NCBI GenBank assembly: GCA_017517685.1
Contig: JAFWYK010000002.1
Location: 11,477-75,476, forward strand
Reading direction: 5' to 3'
Source: Clostridia bacterium
GTDB lineage: Bacteria > Bacillota > Clostridia > TANB77 > CAG-508
DNA: 64,000 bases
The position numbers and the translations under genes are program-made. Positions 38,963 through 49,136 of the stretch are shown here, piece by piece; position 1 is the stretch's first letter, and each line of letters begins with the position of its first letter. Under the pieces are notes generated by a model. That model was not told the origin of the DNA and did no database searches. It saw nothing but the letters and a program-made list of their open reading frames with translations.

Positions 38963-38990
38963 AAAACGCCGTAAATAATTGCGGCGTTTT
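38963..38990. terminator. Bidirectional intrinsic terminator
   Basis: AAAACGCCGtaaataattGCGGCGTTTT. Confidence 0.65.
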
Positions 38991-39005
38991 AAGTTTACTA
39001 ATTAA

Positions 39006-39641
39006 TTATACTGCAGGTACCATATCACCATCAGCAGCTGGAACTTGATCTTGTCCAGGCATCATATCTTCTGGCATTGGAGCTACTTCAGCTGTTCTTT
39101 CGTATACTTCGCCAATTCCACCAGCTAATGTTTTGAATTTTTCAAATACTGGTTTAGCCATTTCTTCTGATGACATTACTAAACAAATAATATCTCCACT
39201 GCTTGTTGTATAAGCTTTTTCTGCTTCTACACAAATCCATTTTCTCATATTAATATTTTCATTCATTGTTTTTGCTACGCTGTTAGCATCAACACCTTCT
39301 TTAACTTTAACAATTACTAATGAGTAAGCTTGTGATGACATCATTGGTTCTGATACAATGCAAAATTGAATATCATTTGCATTCTCTAATCCTGTAAAAG
39401 AAGCAACTGAATCATTATCAGCTGGATCTATAGCTTGTGTCATTAAGCTTCCATATAGATTATCATTTCCTTCATATAATTTACTAACAAAAGTTGTTAT
39501 ATCCTCTGCTGTATTTAATACTAAATTTGATTTTACTTCAGCAACTGTATTATCAGCTTTTTCTAAAACTGGTTTAATTACAAATACACCTACTGCAGCT
39601 ACTACAGCTATAATTAGCACTGCTATTAAAACTTTTTTCAT
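39006..39641 (-). CDS. Membrane-anchored extracytoplasmic hypothetical protein
   Basis: N-terminal TM helix (VLIAVLIIAVVAAVGVFVI); C-terminal Pro/Met/Asp-rich tail. Confidence 0.4.
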   Translation of the reverse strand: MKKVLIAVLIIAVVAAVGVFVIKPVLEKADNTVAEVKSNLVLNTAEDITTFVSKLYEGNDNLYGSLMTQAIDPADNDSVASFTGLENANDIQFCIVSEPMMSSQAYSLVIVKVKEGVDANSVAKTMNENINMRKWICVEAEKAYTTSSGDIICLVMSSEEMAKPVFEKFKTLAGGIGEVYERTAEVAPMPEDMMPGQDQVPAADGDMVPAV

Positions 39642-39832
39642 AAATTTACCTCTCTTTTTTATTAATAGTATTTTATTTATACATCCATTATATTATAAAG
39701 AAAAATAAAAGCAAGATGCTTTTATATAACATTTTTAATACTTTTCTTATTGTATCTTCTTGTACATCTTTTATTCTCATTTTCTTATAATAAGATATAT
39801 AAAAAGAGCATCTTTTAGATGCCCTTTAACTT

Positions 39833-41113
39833 TTAAACTGATAAATAATTTAATTTTTTATCTATACCAAATTTAATATTATTTTGTTCTAATAATTCTT
39901 TAAATACTTTTTCAACTTTACTATTTTTTAAATATGTTCCGAATGATACGACTAAATTATCTCCATATGAACAAATACCACATTTCATCTTCTCTGCCCA
40001 ATCTGGTGCTAAAGTTACTGTTGCATTTTCTACATATTTACTATATTTTGGTTGAATATCAAATTTACCAATATTAGATATAGTCATTGTAAAATGTCTT
40101 TTTACTTCTAATGATCCAAGTCTTACCGCTGCTTTTTTAAGAACTAATGGAACTGCTCTTACAAACGGATTTCTTGTTTTAGCAGCATCATTTGACATTG
40201 TTTCAACTATTCTTTCTAATTTAAATTTTTTCTCAAATTCAGATTTAACCATCTCCAAAACATTTTCAAATGTATATGTTCTATTTCTTTTAAATTTAAA
40301 TGTTAAAATCATATAAGAAAAGAAATTTGAAAGTGTTTCTGAACCAAAATATTTTTGAAGGCTAATTGGAAGACATAGATTTATTGGTCTATTTCCTTTA
40401 TTAATCTTATAATCACCTTCATAAATTGAATAAGCAATCATTGCTGATAAGTACATTGATAAAGAACAATCTTTAATTTTTGTACACTCTTTAATTTGTG
40501 GAAGGTTAATGTTAAAGTTACTTACTCCAACTTTTCCTGTTTCAACTTCTTCACCACTTAATTGATGAGCTCTTGGTGCTTTAAATTGTTTTTTTACATT
40601 CTTTTTATAGTTCTTAATATATGCATTTTCAGATTCATAAATAATTTCGCTTTCTTCAAGTTTAACCATCTCTAAATTTTCTGGGTGTTTTAATTCTAAA
40701 TATCTATAAATTACTTCTTTTAAGAATTTAGAAGCTCCATTACCATCTGTTAATGCATGAAAAAATTCCATATTAATTCTATTTTCAACATATGTTGTTC
40801 TAAATAAATATTTGTTGTTCTCTTTTGTATTTACTTTTCTAAATAGTGAATTTTTTTCTGGTTTAACTACAGGATCTAATTCATTTCCAATAAAGTAATA
40901 AGAGAATACTCCTTTTTTCATTTTAACTTTAAAAGCTTGAAATTTTTCTAAAGCAAGTTTTACTGCTTCTTGTAATAAGTTTGCATCAATAGATTCTTTT
41001 AAAACAACTGATAATCTAAATATTGAACTATACTTTTTATTACTAGCCCATGCGAATACTTTAGCTTGGTCATCAAGTTTTCTATATAATCTTTCTTTTA
41101 AACTTTCTTTCAT
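39833..41113 (-). CDS. Condensation-domain-like acyltransferase with HxxxDG motif (WS/DGAT or PapA5-like)
   Basis: FHALTDGNG motif at about aa 120; 426 aa. Confidence 0.5.
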   Translation of the reverse strand: MKESLKERLYRKLDDQAKVFAWASNKKYSSIFRLSVVLKESIDANLLQEAVKLALEKFQAFKVKMKKGVFSYYFIGNELDPVVKPEKNSLFRKVNTKENNKYLFRTTYVENRINMEFFHALTDGNGASKFLKEVIYRYLELKHPENLEMVKLEESEIIYESENAYIKNYKKNVKKQFKAPRAHQLSGEEVETGKVGVSNFNINLPQIKECTKIKDCSLSMYLSAMIAYSIYEGDYKINKGNRPINLCLPISLQKYFGSETLSNFFSYMILTFKFKRNRTYTFENVLEMVKSEFEKKFKLERIVETMSNDAAKTRNPFVRAVPLVLKKAAVRLGSLEVKRHFTMTISNIGKFDIQPKYSKYVENATVTLAPDWAEKMKCGICSYGDNLVVSFGTYLKNSKVEKVFKELLEQNNIKFGIDKKLNYLSV

Positions 41114-41262
41114 AATACCTCTTACAAAATATTAATCTTTTAATTTCATTTACTTTAACATCTCGTTTTAAAAACTAGATAATCATTTCTTAAATATTAT
41201 ACCAATAAACATTTAAAAAAGCAAACTATTTTTAAAATAATTTGCTTTCTTTTTTATTACAT

Positions 41263-41667
41263 TTATTTTACAAAAAAATCATAGATTACATCTAAGTCTT
41301 CTTCATCTTTAAATCTATTTTCCATTGGACACATTCCAGTTTTTTCATTATTTATAACATATTCTGTTATAATATCATATTCATAAGGTATATTATTATT
41401 GTCAAAAACATCTTTTCCAAATTTACTTAGTGTTTTAGAGTATACTTTTTTTACTCCTGCTTTAGTCATTAAAGTAGCTGCTACTTTTCCAATAATCTTA
41501 TCAGCAACTATAGCATCTTTTAGACCATCTTTGTTTTCTTTTAATATACTTACTATATCAATTACTCTTTTATTAAAATATTCTTTAATTTCTCCATTTG
41601 AAAACATTACTACTAAACTAGCATCTGTTTCAAACAATCTATTCTTTACAATTTCTAATTTATCCAT
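41263..41667 (-). CDS. Hypothetical protein
   Basis: 134 aa; no recognisable motif; AT-rich hairpin terminator downstream (about 41219-41258). Confidence 0.35.
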   Translation of the reverse strand: MDKLEIVKNRLFETDASLVVMFSNGEIKEYFNKRVIDIVSILKENKDGLKDAIVADKIIGKVAATLMTKAGVKKVYSKTLSKFGKDVFDNNNIPYEYDIITEYVINNEKTGMCPMENRFKDEEDLDVIYDFFVK

Positions 41668-41783
41668 TATCTAATTCTTTCTTTAATAATTTTTGCAACA
41701 ACTAAAACTAATAATATTTGGATAACTAATCCTGGCATACCTAATTTTACTGATTCTAAAACTTGTGTACCATAATTTATATC

Positions 41784-42914
41784 CTAACCATTTAACTTAT
41801 TTGTAAAATCTGCCATTGCTTCTGATATTTTAATATTTTGTGGGCATACAGCTTCACAAGATTTACATCCTATACAAGCACTTGGTTTTTTATCATCTGC
41901 CATTGTTTCTATTCTCATTGGAGCTATAAATCCTCCACCTGTTACATTAAATTCATTATATAAAGATATTAATTCTGGTATTTCTAATTTTTGAGGGCAA
42001 TATTCTGTACAATATCTACACTCTGTACATGGTAAAACATTTTTACTTAACATATCTTTTGCTAAATCTAATGTTTTTCTCATTTCGTCTTCGTTTAATG
42101 GTTTAGCTTCTTCGAATGTTTTAATGTTATCGGTTAATTGATCCATTGAACTCATTCCTGATAAAATAACTGTTACTTCTGGGAAACTTTGTAAAAATCT
42201 AAATGCAAAACTAACTGGTGTTTCATCATTTCTTATTTCTTTAATTCTTGCTTCGTTTTCTTCTCCAACATTTGCAAGTTTACCACCACGAATTGGTTCC
42301 ATTACCCAAACTGGAATTCCAAGCTCTTTAAATAATTCCATTTTTGCTTTAGCATCTTGAAATTCATAATCTAAATAATTTAATTGGATTTGTCCAAATT
42401 CCATGTATTTTCCATATACTTCTAAAAATCTTTTTGTTACATCTAAAGTTCCATGAACAGAGAATCCAAAATGTTTAATTCTTCCGTTTTCTTTTTGTTT
42501 TAATAAATAATCTAAAGTTCCATATTTAGGATCTAAATATTCATTTATATTCTTTTCACAAACGTTATGTATTAAATAAAAATCAAAATATTCAGTTTGA
42601 CATTTTTCAAGTTGTCTTTCAAATATTTCTTCTACTTTTCCCATATTTGATAAATCATATCCTGGAAATTTTGAAGCTAAATAATAACTTTCTCTTGGAT
42701 ATTTACTTAAAAGTCTTCCTGCTACCATTTCTGATTCACCACCATGGTATCCCCATGCTGTATCAAAATAATTAATACCATTATTAATAGCATATTCAAT
42801 CATTCTTGCGGCATGTTCTTCATCAATTGTTATTTTATCTTCTTTTAACGGAAGACGCATCATTCCAACACCTAAATTAGATAATTTTAAATCTTTAAAA
42901 TTTTTATAAATCAT
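41784..42914 (-). CDS. Aldo/keto reductase fused to C-terminal 2x[4Fe-4S] ferredoxin domain
   Basis: AKR N-terminal region (GTLDYLL, IHNVCE); CTECRYCTEYCP and CIGCKSCEAVCP clusters. Confidence 0.75.
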   Translation of the reverse strand: MIYKNFKDLKLSNLGVGMMRLPLKEDKITIDEEHAARMIEYAINNGINYFDTAWGYHGGESEMVAGRLLSKYPRESYYLASKFPGYDLSNMGKVEEIFERQLEKCQTEYFDFYLIHNVCEKNINEYLDPKYGTLDYLLKQKENGRIKHFGFSVHGTLDVTKRFLEVYGKYMEFGQIQLNYLDYEFQDAKAKMELFKELGIPVWVMEPIRGGKLANVGEENEARIKEIRNDETPVSFAFRFLQSFPEVTVILSGMSSMDQLTDNIKTFEEAKPLNEDEMRKTLDLAKDMLSKNVLPCTECRYCTEYCPQKLEIPELISLYNEFNVTGGGFIAPMRIETMADDKKPSACIGCKSCEAVCPQNIKISEAMADFTNKLNG

Positions 42915-43073
42915 ATAGCCTCCAAATTAATTTTTTCTACTTTGATATTATATAATTTTATAAAATTTATAGCAATAAAAAAAGACATAGTTTTTTTAAA
43001 AATAACGAACATATTTACTACACATATCAATAAAAAAAGCATTACTATTTCTAGTAATGCCTTTAATTATTTA

Positions 43074-45059
43074 CTACGATAAGATTACTTTTCTAATAAA
43101 TCTAAACGCATCATAAAGAGCAACTCTACCATCTAAATTATAATCTCTAATATGTTTATCAAATAATGATAATTGTTTTCCATATAATACGTTTTTAAGA
43201 ATTTGAAAAGCATCATATAATCTTACTTTTCCATCTCCTGTAACATCTCCACTAACTGCTACAGAATATTCTCTTGCTGTATTTCCTGATTTATCTTTAA
43301 TAATAATTTGATTATAAGATCCCATATAATCAGAATTTGCTTTTTTGGTTCCTTCTTGAGTTAATACTTCTACAGTATAACCTCTATCTAAAACCGGAAA
43401 ATTTTCTGCAGTTATAACTTCAGAAATTGCTGTTTTATCTTCAAAAGAAATTGCTAAAATATCATCAAATTGCTCTTCTTTTAAAGTTGTATATACAAGC
43501 TTTGGAATAACTTCTACTTGGCAAGTAGCTGTTATACCATTTACTGCAGCAGCATATACTATTGTTTTTCCTTCACCTACTGCTGTTACTTTTCCATTTG
43601 CATCAACTGTTGCAACTTTTTTGTCATTTGATCTCCAAATAAGAGATGTATCTTCTGTTGTATTGCTTGGTGCTATAGTTGCATTTAAAGTATATGTCTC
43701 TGTTACTCCAAGTTCTAATGTTAACTTTGTCTTATCAAGTGATAAACCTGTAATAGGATAATAAACAAGTTCATTTGTTTTTCTTGTAGTAGGTACAGTT
43801 GAACCATTTACTATATCAATAGTATCATAATAAAATTTACCATCTATACACTCTATTGAATAAATTACTTTTTCACTTGGATTTGGCAACGTATATATTT
43901 TTTCAACAACATCACGTGGAAAATTTATTTTATATATACTACTCATTGTTGTAAAATACATATTATTTCTAAGTGATGTAAGTCCAGCTTTATATAAAAC
44001 ATATTCTGTATCTATGCTTTTTGAAGTAATTGTAATAGGGTCTACTCTTAAATCAGCACAATTGAACATTAACGAATTAACTTGTGTTGTTCCTACAACA
44101 TAATACCATAAATAATCTTTGTAAATTAAATAATTTTCATTACCATACCAAAATTCTCTATCATATCTTGTATTTGTAGCAGTAACGTTTCCTGGAACAA
44201 CCCAACTATAATGCTGTCTACCAGAATCAGACATTCCTGAATCACTTACAATAAAATGCATATATCTTGTTCTTCCAACTCCACCGTCATCATCATCCCA
44301 AGTAACGTCTACGTGATAATAATTTCCATTAAGTTCAACCATGCTCCAAGCATGACTCATAGCAGAGCTTGTTACGAATAATGTATTAATTCCTACTTTA
44401 CTTAACAAATAATTAAATGCTTTAGAGTATCCATCACAAACCGGTTCTTTATCAACTAAAGCACCATATAAAGTATGTGATGTAGTTATAATATTTTTTG
44501 CATACGAACAATTCTTACAAAGGAAATCTTTTGTATATATTATTTTTTCCAAATCATTCCAAGAAGATTGTATTCCTGCTAAATATTCTTTAACAACTCC
44601 ATCTATTATTGCATTTGAATCATTAATTTCAACTTCAGACATTAAATAAGTAAATTCTAAACTTTTTACATATACAAGTCCTGTTTCTGTATCTTCATAT
44701 CTATAATATCTTACGCTTGTAGGATCAACAAAGAATAACTCTGGCACTTCAAACACTTTAAGAACTAGTGCATTTATATTTGATTCTAATATGTTATACA
44801 TAGAAACATCTATATTTGGATTCATTAGTTTAACTTGAGTAATTAAATATTCTTCAAGCGGTGTTTCTGCATTAAATGTAAAAGTAGAAAACTTATTTAG
44901 TTTTGGTTTTTCATTTTTATATACTTCTTCTCTTATTTTATAATAATTATCTTGTGTAAAACTAATTGTTGCAGCAGTTTCTGTTGCATCTGCAGGAATT
45001 GCTAATAATAAAAGAAATAAAAATAATATTAAATTAAAAAATATTTTGTTTTTCTTCAT
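43074..45059 (-). CDS. Secreted transglutaminase-like (C-H-D) protein with a Big_2 domain and C-terminal type-I dockerin
   Basis: Signal peptide; VCDGYSKAFNYLL...HAWSMVEL...YHVDVTWDD; Big_2 (VATVDANGKVTAVGEGKTIVYAAA); dockerin repeats DVTGDGKVRLYDAFQILKNV and DYNLDGRVALYDAFRFIRKV. Confidence 0.6.
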   Translation of the reverse strand: MKKNKIFFNLILFLFLLLLAIPADATETAATISFTQDNYYKIREEVYKNEKPKLNKFSTFTFNAETPLEEYLITQVKLMNPNIDVSMYNILESNINALVLKVFEVPELFFVDPTSVRYYRYEDTETGLVYVKSLEFTYLMSEVEINDSNAIIDGVVKEYLAGIQSSWNDLEKIIYTKDFLCKNCSYAKNIITTSHTLYGALVDKEPVCDGYSKAFNYLLSKVGINTLFVTSSAMSHAWSMVELNGNYYHVDVTWDDDDGGVGRTRYMHFIVSDSGMSDSGRQHYSWVVPGNVTATNTRYDREFWYGNENYLIYKDYLWYYVVGTTQVNSLMFNCADLRVDPITITSKSIDTEYVLYKAGLTSLRNNMYFTTMSSIYKINFPRDVVEKIYTLPNPSEKVIYSIECIDGKFYYDTIDIVNGSTVPTTRKTNELVYYPITGLSLDKTKLTLELGVTETYTLNATIAPSNTTEDTSLIWRSNDKKVATVDANGKVTAVGEGKTIVYAAAVNGITATCQVEVIPKLVYTTLKEEQFDDILAISFEDKTAISEVITAENFPVLDRGYTVEVLTQEGTKKANSDYMGSYNQIIIKDKSGNTAREYSVAVSGDVTGDGKVRLYDAFQILKNVLYGKQLSLFDKHIRDYNLDGRVALYDAFRFIRKVILS

Positions 45060-45069
45060 ATTTTAGTCC

Positions 45070-45855
45070 TTAATTATTATTAAATTTTTCTGATTTTATA
45101 CATACACTATGTACTAATATTCTTTTTCTACCAGATTTATCGCAAGTAGAAAGTGTTAATAATTGATCTGTCTTATCTGGTACAACATTATATTCTATAT
45201 CAGATCTTTCAAGCATTTCTTCAATGTATTTTTCTTGAGTATCATCATCAACTATATTAGATTTTATTGCATAATTGTCTGGTTTTGCCATATATGATGA
45301 AAATACTCTATATATCATCTTTTTAAGTGGTGTATATAATTCAATTAGGACTTCTTCTCCTAATTCATTACTTTGAACTTTTTGCAAATCAGCAAACATA
45401 ATTCCTGATTTTATATTATGACCATATATAACAGTATTTTTGTCTATCATTTTACTGTTATTTTTATAATCCATAAAAATCCAACCACAAGTATTATACT
45501 TTCTATTAAAATCTTTATGAAGATAATAATCATTATCAGTTGTTTGCAAAACCGGATAATCTATTGATGTTCCAGGAATTTTAAGCCAAGCAACAGTATC
45601 AGTATTTATATCTGTTAAGCTTTTAAAATCAACTGGATTAATTAATAAGTCTTCATCTTTCTTTAATGTTTCTTTAAAACTAGTCTTTATTAATTTAGCT
45701 TTTAAGCTTTCTGCTTTTCCATTATAAATTCCCCATCTTATTAAATTAACAAGAGAAAATATAAATAGAAAGAAGAATACTACAAATAGTATCCCATTTC
45801 TCAATACTTTAGTTTTTAATCTTTTACTTAAATCTCTATTTGATTGTCCTGCCAT
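45070..45855 (-). CDS. srtB: Class B sortase
   Basis: N-terminal TM anchor; IYGHN His; LTLSTCD (TLxTC) catalytic Cys motif; conserved Arg. Confidence 0.75.
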   Translation of the reverse strand: MAGQSNRDLSKRLKTKVLRNGILFVVFFFLFIFSLVNLIRWGIYNGKAESLKAKLIKTSFKETLKKDEDLLINPVDFKSLTDINTDTVAWLKIPGTSIDYPVLQTTDNDYYLHKDFNRKYNTCGWIFMDYKNNSKMIDKNTVIYGHNIKSGIMFADLQKVQSNELGEEVLIELYTPLKKMIYRVFSSYMAKPDNYAIKSNIVDDDTQEKYIEEMLERSDIEYNVVPDKTDQLLTLSTCDKSGRKRILVHSVCIKSEKFNNN

Positions 45856-45929
45856 AAATTTAAGCTCCTATAATTTAAAATGAGAGACATAATTATTTTG
45901 TCAAACTATGCCCCTCTTACTTCCCTTTT

Positions 45930-48900
45930 TTATTTTTGATTTATCGTATATTCAATCGATTTAAATCTTGTAAACATTCCAAGTAGTGATATTATCATCA
46001 TTGAAACTAACGCTCCAACGTTCATATCTCCTGTATGAGGTGATGTAACTAAACCTTGAACTGCTGATGTTGTATTGTTTTTATTTGAGTTTTTATTAGT
46101 TGTGTTTGTTGCAGCATTTGTTCCTGTGTTAGTTGCTGCTATATTTGTTGAAGTATTTGTTGCTGTTGTATTTGTTACTGTATTATCAGTTGTTGTATTT
46201 GTAGTTGTATTAGTCGTATTTGTTGTATTTGTTGTGTTTGTAGTATTTGTTGTGTTAGTTGTATTTGTTGTATCTTCTTCCTCAGGTTCTTGTTTATCTG
46301 GATTTTCTTCAATTATAAGCTCTACTTGAGAAACAAATTCTTTTTCTTCACCTTCACCATTTACAGCAACTACTGTTGTTGTAATAATTACTGTACCAGC
46401 TTTTTTAGCTGTTACTTTTCCATAGTTATCAATTGTAGCCATAGATTCATTAGATGTTTCATATGTTAATGTTACATCATCTGTACTATCCACTGGATTA
46501 TATTCTACAGTTAATTGAACTTGTTCACCTTCTAAAACTTTTTCATTTTCAAGTATTGTCTTAATTGATTCAAGTTCTACTTCTTTAACTTCTATATCCA
46601 TTGAAACTTCTTTACCACCATCTCCTTTGGCAGTAATTGTTACTTTACCTGCTTTAATACCTTTTACAACACCATTAACATCTACTGTAGCTATTTCTTC
46701 ATCACTTGTTTCCCAAGTTATTTTATCAACAGCTCCAACTGGCTCTAATGTAACTTCTAATTGAACTTCTTCACCTTTTAATAATGTTTCAACTTTTTGA
46801 TTAATTGTAATTGAATCTGCATATAATGGTGTAACTCTTACCTTTCTTGTAGCAGTTAATCCATTACCTAAATTTACTGTGATTGTAGCTTCACCTTCAG
46901 ATATAGCTATAAGTTCACCTTTTTGATTTACTGAAACTATAGCTTGGCTACTTGATTTCCATAAACCTTTTGGAATATTTGTAGCATTTGATGGTGTATA
47001 TACTAAGCCTAAAGTTGCTCTTTGACCAACTTTAATTTCTAATACTTCTGAACCATTTTCAATTTCTACACCAGTTAGTGTAACTCCAACACTTACTGTA
47101 CATGTAGCTGTTTTACCAGCAAGTTTTGCTTCAATAATTGCTGTACCAGCACCTACTGCTGTTACAATTCCATCTTCTACTGTAGCAACAGTTGGATTTA
47201 ATGATGTCCAAATTGTACCATTTATTTCATCTACTGTAGCATCTATAGGATTTTTTGTAACAATTAATTTATCTGTTGAAGTTTCTCCTAACTCTAAAGC
47301 CATTTCTGTAATATTTAATGAAATAGAATTAAGTTCGCATGTTACTTCAACAAGTGTTGTTGCTGTTAGTCCAGCTGCTGTAGCAGTAATTGTAGCTGAT
47401 CCAACTGAAAGTGCTGTAATCTTTCCTGTTTCATCTACTTTTACAACTTTTGGATCGCTTGACATCCAAGCAACTGTTGTATCGTCTGTTGTATTTTCTG
47501 GTTCTACAGTTGCAACTAATTGATCTGTATCACCTTTATTTATAACTAAACTTGTTTTATTTACTACTAAAGTTGAAGCTTTAATTTCTGGAACTGTAAC
47601 TGTTATTTTATCAGTTTTTCCATTTACTGAAGTAGCAATAATATCAGCTGTACCTGGAGTAATTGCAAAAATTGTTCCGTTGTGAATTGCAACAACTTCT
47701 GGATTTGTTGATCTCCATATAATTGTTCTAGATTCAGTAAAAACTTCTGGGAAGAAGTCTACATTTAAAACTTCAGTTTGTCCTTTTAATAGTTCCATTT
47801 TTTTATCAACTATTTTTTCATTTTTTATTTCAATTGATTGTAAGTGAGCACTTACTATTACATCTGTTGTTGCAGTAAATGTACCAACAGTTGCAGTAAT
47901 AGTTGTTGTTCCATGAGCTTTACCTGTAACTAATCCATTTTCATCAACTGTAGCTACATCTGGATTTGCTGAAACCCAAACAGTTGGATTTTTATCTGTT
48001 GTATCAACTGGATCTTTAACTACTGTTAATTGCTCTTGTTGATCTATATCAATATCAATTTCAGATTTATCAATTGTAATTCCTTTTAATGGAGCATCTA
48101 CAGTTACTTCTACTCTTTCAGTATATGTACCACATGAAACTCTAATTTGAGTTGAACCAGCACCTACAGCTGTTACTAATCCATTATGATCAACACTAGC
48201 TATACTATAGTCATTTGATACCCATGTAATTACTGCTGTACTTGTTGTGTCTTCTGGTTGTTTGTCTGCTGTTAATTGGAATGTTTCACCTTTTAACATA
48301 TTTATTGCTGAATGACTAACTGTAATACCAGTTAATGGACTTTTTACTGTAATAACTGAACTAGCTTCAAATCCAGCACATGTAGCAATAACCGTTGCTG
48401 TACCAGAACCAACTGCTGTTACAACTCCATTTTCAACAGTAACTACTGAAGTATCACTTGATACCCATTTAATTTTTTCAGAATTTCCTGTATTTGTAGG
48501 TTCTTTTGTTGCTGTTAATTGATATGTTTTTCCTTTATTAATTGTAGCTGTTTCAGGTTTTAATGTTAATCCTGTCATTGCAGGTCCACCAGATACTGTT
48601 ATATAACTTGATGAAGTTACTTCAGTCTCTGAATTTTCTGAACCATCATCTAAATCATACATAATTTTATCAAAAGCAACTGTTGAAGTTCCTTCTGAAA
48701 TTACTTTAAATTTAAGTGTTCCAACAGTTCCTGTTTGAGCAATTGCTACTGGAGTATTGAAAGTTATTGTAACTATACCATCACTAACAAGTCCCATTGC
48801 AACTGTATGACCTGGTGCAATATCAGAATTTAAACTATAACCAGTACCAGCTAGTAATTGTATATCTTCTCCACTTACCGCATCTGGTATTATTTCTAAT

Positions 48901-49136
48901 ACTGTTGGATCATATTTTACAGCTAAAACTAATGATTTTTGATTTTCTAAACCATCAGAAAGGTTAATTCCAACTGATATTTCCTCATTAACTTGAGCTT
49001 TTTTTGATCCACCAGCAGTTCCATCTACTGTCATAGTAAAACTTGGCTCTGCTGCATAACTGATTAAATTTGGCATAAAAGAACTAATAATTGTTATTAT
49101 TAATAGTACTGCTATTAGCTTTCTTCTTATCCTCAT
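45930..49136 (-). CDS. Cell-wall-anchored giant surface protein: N-terminal cohesin-like domain, about 9 Big_2 Ig-like domains, Thr/Asn-rich linker, SPHTG sorting signal
   Basis: Start set at MRIRRKLIAVLL because AGGAGG lies 6 nt upstream; cohesin-like FTMTVDGTAGG...LVLAVKYDPTVLEII; repeated ...TVxNGxVTAVGAGTATI... Big_2 units; C-terminal SPHTG + hydrophobic + RFKS. Confidence 0.6.
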   Translation of the reverse strand: MRIRRKLIAVLLIITIISSFMPNLISYAAEPSFTMTVDGTAGGSKKAQVNEEISVGINLSDGLENQKSLVLAVKYDPTVLEIIPDAVSGEDIQLLAGTGYSLNSDIAPGHTVAMGLVSDGIVTITFNTPVAIAQTGTVGTLKFKVISEGTSTVAFDKIMYDLDDGSENSETEVTSSSYITVSGGPAMTGLTLKPETATINKGKTYQLTATKEPTNTGNSEKIKWVSSDTSVVTVENGVVTAVGSGTATVIATCAGFEASSVITVKSPLTGITVSHSAINMLKGETFQLTADKQPEDTTSTAVITWVSNDYSIASVDHNGLVTAVGAGSTQIRVSCGTYTERVEVTVDAPLKGITIDKSEIDIDIDQQEQLTVVKDPVDTTDKNPTVWVSANPDVATVDENGLVTGKAHGTTTITATVGTFTATTDVIVSAHLQSIEIKNEKIVDKKMELLKGQTEVLNVDFFPEVFTESRTIIWRSTNPEVVAIHNGTIFAITPGTADIIATSVNGKTDKITVTVPEIKASTLVVNKTSLVINKGDTDQLVATVEPENTTDDTTVAWMSSDPKVVKVDETGKITALSVGSATITATAAGLTATTLVEVTCELNSISLNITEMALELGETSTDKLIVTKNPIDATVDEINGTIWTSLNPTVATVEDGIVTAVGAGTAIIEAKLAGKTATCTVSVGVTLTGVEIENGSEVLEIKVGQRATLGLVYTPSNATNIPKGLWKSSSQAIVSVNQKGELIAISEGEATITVNLGNGLTATRKVRVTPLYADSITINQKVETLLKGEEVQLEVTLEPVGAVDKITWETSDEEIATVDVNGVVKGIKAGKVTITAKGDGGKEVSMDIEVKEVELESIKTILENEKVLEGEQVQLTVEYNPVDSTDDVTLTYETSNESMATIDNYGKVTAKKAGTVIITTTVVAVNGEGEEKEFVSQVELIIEENPDKQEPEEEDTTNTTNTTNTTNTTNTTNTTNTTTNTTTDNTVTNTTATNTSTNIAATNTGTNAATNTTNKNSNKNNTTSAVQGLVTSPHTGDMNVGALVSMMIISLLGMFTRFKSIEYTINQK
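46075..46300 (-). repeat. In-frame Thr/Asn-codon microsatellite (TTNTTNTT...)
   Basis: Plus strand (tgttgtatt/tgttgtgtt)n-like repeats encoding TNTTNTTNTT... Confidence 0.6.

Noticed and set aside
46075-46329. 84 aa plus-strand ORF (FVVFVVFVV...)
   Set aside because: Artefact of reading the Thr/Asn codon repeat of the scaffoldin gene on the opposite strand.
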